A DNA stretch of 64,000 bases, from contig OY969699.1 of assembly GCA_963702025.1 (NCBI GenBank), positions 928,001 through 992,000 of the forward strand, read 5' to 3'. Made by a program: the position numbers and the translations under genes. The stretch is from an uncultured bacterium. GTDB lineage: Bacteria; Babelota; Babeliae; Babelales; Vermiphilaceae. The notes beneath the pieces were generated by a model. The model saw only the letters and a list, made by a program, of their open reading frames with translations. It was not told the origin of the DNA and did not search any database. This document shows positions 39,885 through 48,469 of this stretch, in pieces (the first letter of the stretch is position 1; each line of letters begins with the position of its first letter).

Positions 39885-40571
39885 ATGAAAGATATTCTTA
39901 GCGGCTCATTTAATCTAAATTTTGATGATTTGATGGCCTACGTCAAAAATAATCTATTAATACTTGGTATTTGCGTTGGCGCTTTGTGCGCGGTTGGCGG
40001 ATCCTTATGGGGGTATCATTTTTATAAAACCTCACAAGAAGAAGCGGCACACACCGTTTTATTTGATTGCTTAGCTCAGTATGAGCAGGCTCTTCAAAAT
40101 AAAGCGCAGTGGTCAGATGTGGCAGCAATGTGCCAAGCAGGGTACGAAAAATATAGCAGCACCGCAGTGGCTCCCTATCTTTTAGCGGTGGAAGTTGATG
40201 CATTGCTTGCGCAGGATCAAAATCAAGCGGCTCTGGAAAAATTAGATGCAATGATTGGTGGCATCGATACTCAATCGCCACTTTATTCATTGTTCCGCAC
40301 TAAGCAAGCATTATTGCGGCTTGATAGCAGTGATGAACAACTCAAAGAAAAAGGGCTCCATGAACTTGAACAACTGGCATCCGACAGCAAAAATTGGTAC
40401 AACGATGAGGCCCAATTTTATTTAGGCCTATATTATCGTGAGCAAGGACAGCAAGAAAAAGCCGTTGCAGCATGGAAGCAGCTAATAGCATTAAACGATG
40501 GCATTGCCGATGAACAGGCGCGTTCTCCATGGGCCTCTCTTGCGAAGGACAAAATTAACGGACTAAGCTAA
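39885..40571 (+). CDS. YfgM-like membrane-anchored TPR protein
   Basis: N-terminal TM helix followed by TPR-like helices (AQFYLGLYY). Confidence 0.65.
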   Translation: MKDILSGSFNLNFDDLMAYVKNNLLILGICVGALCAVGGSLWGYHFYKTSQEEAAHTVLFDCLAQYEQALQNKAQWSDVAAMCQAGYEKYSSTAVAPYLLAVEVDALLAQDQNQAALEKLDAMIGGIDTQSPLYSLFRTKQALLRLDSSDEQLKEKGLHELEQLASDSKNWYNDEAQFYLGLYYREQGQQEKAVAAWKQLIALNDGIADEQARSPWASLAKDKINGLS

Positions 40572-41989
40572 TGGATGCACCGGGAAAAGTTCGGGTGCGG
40601 TTTGCACCATCTCCAACAGGTCATTTGCATATTGGCGGATTACGTTCTGCCATATTTAATTGGCTCTTTGCGCGCCATCATAATGGCATCTTTCTTTTGC
40701 GCATAGAAGATACCGACCTTGAACGCTCAAAACAAGAATATACCGATTCAATTATCGCCTCATTTTCTTGGATGCATATTGATTGGGATGAACCGATTAT
40801 TATTCAATCGCAGCGGTTGGCCCGTCATCAAGAAATAGCACAGCAGTTGCTTGCGCAGGGCAAAGCTTATTATTGCCAGTGCACCCAAGAGCAGGTTATT
40901 GAACGGCTTTCAAAAACTCCCGGATTCGACGCAAACTTTATTAGATACGATGGCTATTGCCGCACCAAGAAAAATAGTCACGGTGCGATTCGGTTTAGTA
41001 TCCCCAACACGGTAACCACCGTTGAGTGGGATGATCTGATTCGTGGGCATATAAGTATTAGTGTTGATCAATTGGATGATTTTATCATTGCGCGGTCTGA
41101 TGGCACACCTATGTACAATTTTGTGGTTGTTGTTGATGATGCTGATATGCGTATATCACATGTTATTCGGGGCGAAGAACATATTGCCAATACACCAAAA
41201 CAGATTTTGCTCTATCAATCATGCGATTTTGCCGTACCACTATTTGCGCATTTGCCCATGATTTTAGGCAGTGATGGCAGCAAGTTAAGCAAGCGCGATG
41301 CAGCAACCGGCGTATTTGAATATAAACAAATGGGGTATTTACCTGATGCGCTTTTTAATTATCTAGTTCGTTTGGGCTGGTCGCATGGCGATCAAGAAAT
41401 TTTTACCAAAGATGAAATGGTTGCATTTTTTGACCTTGCTCATGTGCATAAAAAGGGTGCTATTTTTGACCAACAAAAACTTGATTGGATCAATGGTGTT
41501 TATATGCGTGGCATGAGCGATCAGGATTTGCTCACCATTATTCAGACCGATAGTGCGCCAACAATTCTGACCGATTTGCCAACGTGGAATACTCAAACGG
41601 TTCTTCTTTTGATTAATATTTACAAGCAACGCGCCAAAACGGTGCGGGAACTTGTTACCGATATTAAAGCATTCTATGTTCGCCCTCAACAGTTTGAAGC
41701 AGCTGATAGAGCCCAGTGGATTCATGCGGATTCGGTAAAGCAATTGAACGAAATTATAGCACTATTAAAAGCTGCCGAGCCGTTTAGCGCTGACGCGCTT
41801 TCATCCGCGGTTAAAGAATGGACGAAGAACCATAATCTTAAGATGGTGGCTATTGCGCAACCGTTGCGCATGGCATTGCTTGGCAAAACTTCCGGTCCTG
41901 GAGTATTTGAACTTATGCCGGTGCTGGGCAAAAATGAATCTATTGAGCGAATTGAACATTTAATTCGGTCGATTCAAGTGAATCCCTAG
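40571..41989 (+). CDS. gltX: Glutamate--tRNA ligase
   Basis: RFAPSPTGHLHIG, RIEDTD, IRGEEH, KLSKR. Confidence 0.97.
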   Translation: MDAPGKVRVRFAPSPTGHLHIGGLRSAIFNWLFARHHNGIFLLRIEDTDLERSKQEYTDSIIASFSWMHIDWDEPIIIQSQRLARHQEIAQQLLAQGKAYYCQCTQEQVIERLSKTPGFDANFIRYDGYCRTKKNSHGAIRFSIPNTVTTVEWDDLIRGHISISVDQLDDFIIARSDGTPMYNFVVVVDDADMRISHVIRGEEHIANTPKQILLYQSCDFAVPLFAHLPMILGSDGSKLSKRDAATGVFEYKQMGYLPDALFNYLVRLGWSHGDQEIFTKDEMVAFFDLAHVHKKGAIFDQQKLDWINGVYMRGMSDQDLLTIIQTDSAPTILTDLPTWNTQTVLLLINIYKQRAKTVRELVTDIKAFYVRPQQFEAADRAQWIHADSVKQLNEIIALLKAAEPFSADALSSAVKEWTKNHNLKMVAIAQPLRMALLGKTSGPGVFELMPVLGKNESIERIEHLIRSIQVNP

Positions 41990-42004
41990 CGTGAGGTAAC
42001 TCCC

Positions 42005-42952
42005 ATGAAGATTGCATTACTTTTTCCCGGTTACGGTGTGCAGCATGTTGGAATGGGTAAAGATTTGCATAATCAATCCCGTATCATCCAAGAATATTTT
42101 GAAGAGGCAGATAATTGCCTGGCCGTTAACTTTGAAAAATTACTTTTTTCATCATCAGATTTAGATATGAGCATGATGCAGCATGCTTATCCGGCAATCT
42201 TTTTACTCAGTAGCGCTATTTTTGTAATGTTGAAAGATAAGGGATTGCATCCCAATATTGTTGCCGGTTATGATACCGGTGCGTATGCAGCCCTCTTTGC
42301 AGCGGGCTGCATCAGTTTTCCTGACGGGTTATATCTTATTAACAAATATGCCACACTTTACCACGAAGCATTGCTCACCTTGCCATCCGTTTCAATTTTA
42401 AACGTTAAAAAGTATCCTCGTGCCAAACTAGAGAAATTATGCAAACTGGTGAGCCAAGGGGATGACCGGGCAATCATCGCGATATTCTTTGCCGCCGATG
42501 AACATGTGGTAACCGGTCCGAGCGGTATTATGGATACGTTAAAAGAACATCTTGAAAAAACAGGTGCGGCTGTGCGTGAAATGCCTGTTGAGGTTGGCCT
42601 TCATTCATCGTTGCTTACCGAGGTTGCTGCACAATTTAAAGTTTATTTAAGTAAAGTTGATTTTAAAGAATTACAGATCCCCATTTATAATCCACTGAAT
42701 GCCAAGCTTTTAGCTGATGCAAATGCGGCCCAGCAAATGATTGTGGATCTCGTGCATACACAAATCGAATGGTATACAACTATGCAGCAATTGGGTGATT
42801 GTGATCTTATTGTGCAGTGTGGGCCCGGTACCGTTCTTGCAACACAGGCAGAATCATTATTTCCTGATAAAAAAATATTCAGTATTACTCAAATGGCGGA
42901 TGTTGAACAATTACAACAATATCTTGAAGAAATTAAAACGAAAGTGGAATAG
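42005..42952 (+). CDS. fabD: FabD-like ACP S-malonyltransferase homolog lacking the catalytic Ser
   Basis: FPGYG, VAGYDTG (normally GHSLG), LHS, GPG; intact ORF. Confidence 0.75.
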   Translation: MKIALLFPGYGVQHVGMGKDLHNQSRIIQEYFEEADNCLAVNFEKLLFSSSDLDMSMMQHAYPAIFLLSSAIFVMLKDKGLHPNIVAGYDTGAYAALFAAGCISFPDGLYLINKYATLYHEALLTLPSVSILNVKKYPRAKLEKLCKLVSQGDDRAIIAIFFAADEHVVTGPSGIMDTLKEHLEKTGAAVREMPVEVGLHSSLLTEVAAQFKVYLSKVDFKELQIPIYNPLNAKLLADANAAQQMIVDLVHTQIEWYTTMQQLGDCDLIVQCGPGTVLATQAESLFPDKKIFSITQMADVEQLQQYLEEIKTKVE

Positions 42953-42954
42953 CA

Positions 42955-43206
42955 ATGGCACAATTTAGTTATGACGATACCTTTGCAAAAGTTGCCGATA
43001 TCATTGCTCAAAAATTGAGTATCGAAAAAAAAAGAATCACCAAAGAATCAACGCTTGCCGATTTGGGCGCCGACTCCTTGGATTTGGTAGAAATTATTAT
43101 GAAAATGGAAGATCAATTTGGGATCCATATTAATGATGAAGATGCTGAACATATGAATAATGTGCATCAGGTGGTTGAATATATCCAAACTCGGCGCACA
43201 AAGTAG
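42955..43206 (+). CDS. acpP: Acyl carrier protein
   Basis: DLGADSLDLVE phosphopantetheine site. Confidence 0.95.
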   Translation: MAQFSYDDTFAKVADIIAQKLSIEKKRITKESTLADLGADSLDLVEIIMKMEDQFGIHINDEDAEHMNNVHQVVEYIQTRRTK

Positions 43207-43344
43207 ATTTAATTCCTCTAAGTTTTTTAGCACTTTTTTGGCCAAATCTGCCATGTTTGCGCGATTTTTAATTTCTCTTGATTTGCGATCTTTTATTGTG
43301 ATATATTTCAAATAGAATATATATATAATTAAAAGGGGTTGCCC

Positions 43345-44220
43345 ATGAAAAACAGTAAAATAGCGCTTATACTAATGGCTTTTGTCTTCTATAGTTGCCC
43401 TGCTATGGAACTGCCCAATGAAGGACAGGCATCATTAGGAGCAATGCCTGCGGACATAAAAAATCTTATTTTGTATGAACTTATTGAGGTGGACCCTTCT
43501 TTAAAGCCAGATGATCTTACCGATTTTTATAAATCGATTAAGAATATTACCAATTATGCCCGATTGAACAGTGAATTTAAAGCTTTAGTTAATGATCCTC
43601 GCAACATGATTTGGTTGGTAAAAACCTTAGTTGAGCGATTTAAGGATAAATCTCCCAAAAGTGTTGATGAGCTTTTTATCGCAAAGGGCTTAGCAAATAT
43701 GCCGGGAATTAAAAGTATAGAATTTCAGAATTGGCTTCAAAACCTTATTAAAGAAAAAGAATTAAGATTAGCTGCGGAGGATCTTAATGTAGAAAAAGTA
43801 AAAAAGTTACTTGCTGAGGGCATTGATGCAAATGCTTCAGATAGATTATTTAACATGCGACCGCTGAATTATCTTGTGTGGGGCCTAGCTTTTAAAGGTG
43901 GGAATGAGCAGAACACGGCTGAAGCCATTACAATTTTAAAACTATTAATGGCTGCAGGGGCAAACATTAATGTACAGGCTGGTAATGGATACACACCAAT
44001 ATTACTGGCAACAATATACCAAAATATACCGCTCATGCAGGCAATTCTAGAATATCATCCTGATCTTAGTTTGGCCGATAGTGGGGGAGGGACTCCCTTT
44101 CACTTTGCAGTAGCTGCCGGTGATAGTGCAATTATGAAAGTTTTATCTGACTATGTACAAAAAAATCAAATTGCCGTGAGCCCGGAAATTCAAGAGCTGA
44201 TGCAAAGTAGAATTCAATAA
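43345..44220 (+). CDS. Exported F-box-like plus ankyrin protein
   Basis: SCP-AME; LGAMPADIKNLIL; GYTPILLA, GGTPFHFAV. Confidence 0.8.
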   Translation: MKNSKIALILMAFVFYSCPAMELPNEGQASLGAMPADIKNLILYELIEVDPSLKPDDLTDFYKSIKNITNYARLNSEFKALVNDPRNMIWLVKTLVERFKDKSPKSVDELFIAKGLANMPGIKSIEFQNWLQNLIKEKELRLAAEDLNVEKVKKLLAEGIDANASDRLFNMRPLNYLVWGLAFKGGNEQNTAEAITILKLLMAAGANINVQAGNGYTPILLATIYQNIPLMQAILEYHPDLSLADSGGGTPFHFAVAAGDSAIMKVLSDYVQKNQIAVSPEIQELMQSRIQ

Positions 44221-44221
44221 T

Positions 44222-44445
44222 TTAACGCGAACTCGAGCTAAAAAAACTAGTGATACAAATTGAAAGGGCCGCCCGTGGTGAGCGCGAGCATAGCGAGCGT
44301 ATCGAACCATGCGGCCTAAAAAATCACAAAATATACTGATGAATATTTATTAAACCCGCATGGTTCGATACGCAGCCTGCGGCTGCACTCACCACGAGCG
44401 GGTTTATGACTAACTTTTACAATTCTTAGCTCGATTTCGCTTTAA
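44222..44445. mobile_element. MITE-like composite: 23-bp imperfect terminal inverted repeats enclosing two palindromic repeat units
   Basis: ttaacgcgaactcgagctaaaaa (44222-44244) vs ttcttagctcgatttcgctttaa (44423-44445); inner units at 44269-44314 and 44356-44402. Confidence 0.65.
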
Positions 44446-44454
44446 TTTAGAAGT

Positions 44455-44823
44455 CTACTCAACGACTACCGTTATTTTTCTTTTGTCAGCGGGCTTAATA
44501 TTTTCCCATGGTCGTTTATATTCAAGCGTAAATTGTTGGGTTCCCGGTTTGAGCCCTTTAATCACCCATTTTTGTTCGCCACCAGCACCTATTAGTTTTG
44601 AATCTGATGCTTTATAGACCGGATCGCTGATTTTAATAATATCAGTCTTTAGTGGTTCAGCTAACTGCCAGGAATAGCCGGTTGTAGGATTTGATTTTAA
44701 CTTCAATGTATGTTTACCGCCTTTTTTGATGACGATTATTTCATCTTTTGGTGCGGCCGGTTTCTCCATTCCATAGAGTGTGGATATTAGTGAAGCAGTT
44801 ACAAAAAGTAGACTAACTCGCAT
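44455..44823 (-). CDS. Chagasin-family (I42) cysteine protease inhibitor, exported
   Basis: SNPTTGYSW, GAGG, YKRPWE loops; LY-GME N-terminus. Confidence 0.9.
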   Translation of the reverse strand: MRVSLLFVTASLISTLYGMEKPAAPKDEIIVIKKGGKHTLKLKSNPTTGYSWQLAEPLKTDIIKISDPVYKASDSKLIGAGGEQKWVIKGLKPGTQQFTLEYKRPWENIKPADKRKITVVVE

Positions 44824-44894
44824 TATCATCTCCTTTGTATGATTCTTAATTTTTTTAAGCATAGCATTTGTTATCAAGTCAACGCGATATTTTG

Positions 44895-46517
44895 CTAGAA
44901 GCCGCACCCTGTCTTAATCCAAACGCCCCATTGGGAAATTGAGTTTTTATTTGCTTTAATTTCATGGCGTGGATTTAAGCCCTCAAATTCCACTTCGCCA
45001 CCGATGCCAATAAACGGATCAACATACGGAAAGCAATCGATCCATGCATAACTAATATTGCCAAAAACTTTATGCGTAAAACTATGCGGTGTGGCGGCTG
45101 AATTTTCATCTATTTGATAATCCTCAAAATAAACGGGCGGATTGGGATCGGCAACTACTGCTTGTTGTGAAAATTGATTGCCAAAAATAGTTGCGGTGCT
45201 TTGCGTTGCATTACTTAATGACGGGCCAAGATTGGTAACATTTTGAATACCTTTGAGCGCATAGGTTTTAAAGGGGATTTTTTCTCTATTGCTGATCATT
45301 TCTCGAGAGCGGAACCAGACGTTGTATCCTAAATCTGCCGTGAGATTAGGATCTTCATAGCTTGCCATAATAACCGCGTCTATTTGAATGGCAAAAGAGG
45401 TATCACAATAGAGAGTAGTAATATCAATGACAGGCAGGCAGTTGCCGGTATAAGTATTAGTGTTTCCGTCAAATTGCTTTGCCAAAATATAACGCGTGCC
45501 AGAACCTTTATAGAAAATATTTTCCGGGTCAATAGGATTTCTGAGATCAAATGAGCGGCGTTGGCGCGCATTAAAAATATGAGTAACATTAACATCACTA
45601 AAAAATGATATGCGTTGATCGCCATCTTTTTCCCAGAGGACCACGTGCCCGGTGAAGCCGATTCCTAATTCTGGGTGATTGCCATTGCCTATTATTGGTT
45701 CAAATAGGTAGATGGCCTCCGATGGGGTGCCGCCCGGAATGGAACCACGAATATTAAAACCCGCATGCCCGTAATCATTATTGGCAAAGTTCCAGCCGAC
45801 AGCAACTTGCGCTTCAGTGAATCCCGATTTTGATTGTGGGCCTTCAATGCGTCCAAATTCCAAGCCGCGCGTTACTTGGCCCCAGGTTATGCCACCGGCA
45901 ATAGCATCCGTAAACGATGTGGCCGGTGCAGGAATAGATGCGGCGGCCATGTAACGGGCCGGATATGAACCGGTCGCGGAATTGGGTGCAATTGTTTCTA
46001 AAAGTTTAAAAACCCATTTTGTCCACACATATGGCACATGGAAGCGAATGTAGTAATCTTCATAGCCAAAATAGCCTTCAAAATCTACCAGCCCGGTGCG
46101 AATTTCTGGTTCCATGCGCACCGTGCTTTGGAATGTGGTGGCAAGGCCAAAATAATCGGCAAGGATTTGTGTTTGATTATCGCGGTTTGTCACTTGGCTA
46201 CCGGTAATTACCAATTCGTCATCAGCAAAATAATATTCGGCAAGGCGAGCAGGTCTAAAAGAGTGTTTATATTCCGGGACGAGACTAAAAGCACCGTACA
46301 TTTCTTTGCATGGCTGATTAATAAATCGGTGCCAGCCGGACAATTCTCGCGCAGCATTTACCGCTTCGGATCGCGGGGCAAGAAATGTTTTGCCGTGCAA
46401 TGGTTGATTAAGATCATCATCATTCATGGCGCATATGCCAAGAGTATAGAAAAATAATAATGCGGTTACTAAGCTCAAATATTCTATTCTATTCCCGTGA
46501 CGCATACTCATCCTCAA
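44895..46517 (-). CDS. Putative outer-membrane beta-barrel protein, paralog 3
   Basis: LADYFGL, FEPIIGNG, DLGYN, terminal WGVWIKTGCGF. Confidence 0.75.
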   Translation of the reverse strand: MRMSMRHGNRIEYLSLVTALLFFYTLGICAMNDDDLNQPLHGKTFLAPRSEAVNAARELSGWHRFINQPCKEMYGAFSLVPEYKHSFRPARLAEYYFADDELVITGSQVTNRDNQTQILADYFGLATTFQSTVRMEPEIRTGLVDFEGYFGYEDYYIRFHVPYVWTKWVFKLLETIAPNSATGSYPARYMAAASIPAPATSFTDAIAGGITWGQVTRGLEFGRIEGPQSKSGFTEAQVAVGWNFANNDYGHAGFNIRGSIPGGTPSEAIYLFEPIIGNGNHPELGIGFTGHVVLWEKDGDQRISFFSDVNVTHIFNARQRRSFDLRNPIDPENIFYKGSGTRYILAKQFDGNTNTYTGNCLPVIDITTLYCDTSFAIQIDAVIMASYEDPNLTADLGYNVWFRSREMISNREKIPFKTYALKGIQNVTNLGPSLSNATQSTATIFGNQFSQQAVVADPNPPVYFEDYQIDENSAATPHSFTHKVFGNISYAWIDCFPYVDPFIGIGGEVEFEGLNPRHEIKANKNSISQWGVWIKTGCGF

Positions 46518-46612
46518 ATGATTTAAAATGCTGTTTTAATTAATGGTAAATGTACTGAGTATCATACCAGATGATGGCGATGAAATGAATAAGGGATTGT
46601 TAGCCGTACTAT

Positions 46613-48469
46613 TTAAAATGCCGCACCCGCTTTTAGCCAGACGCCCCACTGGGAAAACGCAACCGTTTGACACGAGTGATCAAATGCCTCACTCGCACAT
46701 TCTGCATTCCCAACATGGTGAGCAAACTCAATGAATGCTCCAACACCGGCAAATGTTGACCAGCTGCAATCGCAGCTATCCCAGTTATAGGTAAGATGTA
46801 CAAAATATCTATTGGAAAGTCCTTTTGTTTCGGCTGCTTCAAAATCTATTAAAGCCGGTTGAATAACTATCGGCAAAAGGGTTGAACGTTGTTGTGTAAG
46901 GGCCCCACCATTTTCGCCAGGAAACACCACGATCTGATTCGTATTATCAGTTTCGGTTACCATCGCCCATTGGGCTTTGCCGCCGTCAATGCCGGGATTT
47001 TGATTTTGTTCTGTATCAACAGGGGTGTCAAATGGTCTATTGGTGCCTGCGTGAATGTCTGCTTGACTTTCAGTAGCAGAAAGAGGAATCGGAGTTCCGG
47101 GAGGCACGGGTGAAGAACCGGCGTCCGCGGCCACAAAACCGTAAATACGGGCATCACCTTTTAATGCAAAGGTGGTATTGCTATCAAAGGGAATTGAGCA
47201 CTGGCAGTGCGGTTTTATTTTTTCACAGGTGCGTGCCCAATAATTGTAGCCAAAATCTAGGTTCCAATTACACCATTGGATATCAAGCATAGCCGTGATG
47301 TCCACTTGTGCTGAAATACTCACATTCACATCAAAGGTGGTAAGATTTGCCAGCGGTGTATACTCATTTTGAAATTGAGCGTTTGGGGGTGTATTATTGG
47401 AAACCATTCCTTGCACGGTGCTAATATAGAGATTTTCAACCGGTGGCGCGATTCTTTGAGCCAGCATATAGCGGCTTAATGGTTTGCCGATCAAATCAAA
47501 TGTTCTTCTTTGGCGCGCTGCAAAGAGTGTTGTCAGATTACCATCGAGATAGAAGGCGATTTTGCGTGGCTTGCAAGGGTCAGCATAGAGCATATAATGG
47601 CAGGTGACGCCTAATCCCAATTCCCAGTGTTTTCCGTTCCCGATTAACGGTTCGAATAAAAATAATCCTTCAGGGCGATTGCCTGTTGGTGCCGCTGCAC
47701 GAATGTTGAGGCCAAAATGATGGTCATCATCTTGTAAAAAATTCCAACCAAAAGCAGCTTGAATATCAGAGATACCTAGTTTGGTGCGCTTTCTTTTGCT
47801 CATGCGCGCATTTGCCAAGCCAACAAAGCTAGAGGAGCCACCAAGATTAGGAACTCTTTCGTAGGTAACAAAATCAGTAAAACTAGTCAGTAATTGGCTG
47901 CGAGGAATTGCTGTCGGAGCAAAATAACCCGCGTCATAGCCATTCACGCCACCGGCAATTATTTGTTCGTTAAACTCGAGTTGCCAACTGGTATAAACAA
48001 TGGGTATGTGAAATCTAAAGTAAAGACCATCTTGCCATTGATCAAGGCCGGCGTAATAGGAAAGATCAACAATAGTGTTAGTAACTTTTGGTTCAAAAGT
48101 AAGTGTGCTTTGAAAATCAGTTGGCAAGCCAAAATAATCTGCTAGCCAATCGGTAGCATTACGGTCGCCAACTTGACTGCCGGATATTTGGATAAATGGC
48201 TTTTCTTCTTCCGTATTTACTAAATCATGCCCAAAAAGAGTAAATCGTATATGATCCGGTTTAAAGGTTTGCATATATTCGGCAGTTACTGCACCCGCAT
48301 TATAAAAACATTCTTGATCGTATTTATTAATGTATGGTGTCCAGCCTATTAGATCTCGCGTGGAGTCTTCCGATTGTGATCGGGGCTGAATAAATGGCGC
48401 AAGGGCAGATAGAGTGACTGGGACCGTTATTAAGAATGCAAAATACCATGTTAAATGCTTCATTATCAA
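46613..48469 (-). CDS. Putative outer-membrane beta-barrel protein, paralog 2
   Basis: RSQS, WLADYFGL, PTGNRP, GNGKHWELG, terminal WGVWLKAGAAF. Confidence 0.75.
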   Translation of the reverse strand: MIMKHLTWYFAFLITVPVTLSALAPFIQPRSQSEDSTRDLIGWTPYINKYDQECFYNAGAVTAEYMQTFKPDHIRFTLFGHDLVNTEEEKPFIQISGSQVGDRNATDWLADYFGLPTDFQSTLTFEPKVTNTIVDLSYYAGLDQWQDGLYFRFHIPIVYTSWQLEFNEQIIAGGVNGYDAGYFAPTAIPRSQLLTSFTDFVTYERVPNLGGSSSFVGLANARMSKRKRTKLGISDIQAAFGWNFLQDDDHHFGLNIRAAAPTGNRPEGLFLFEPLIGNGKHWELGLGVTCHYMLYADPCKPRKIAFYLDGNLTTLFAARQRRTFDLIGKPLSRYMLAQRIAPPVENLYISTVQGMVSNNTPPNAQFQNEYTPLANLTTFDVNVSISAQVDITAMLDIQWCNWNLDFGYNYWARTCEKIKPHCQCSIPFDSNTTFALKGDARIYGFVAADAGSSPVPPGTPIPLSATESQADIHAGTNRPFDTPVDTEQNQNPGIDGGKAQWAMVTETDNTNQIVVFPGENGGALTQQRSTLLPIVIQPALIDFEAAETKGLSNRYFVHLTYNWDSCDCSWSTFAGVGAFIEFAHHVGNAECASEAFDHSCQTVAFSQWGVWLKAGAAF

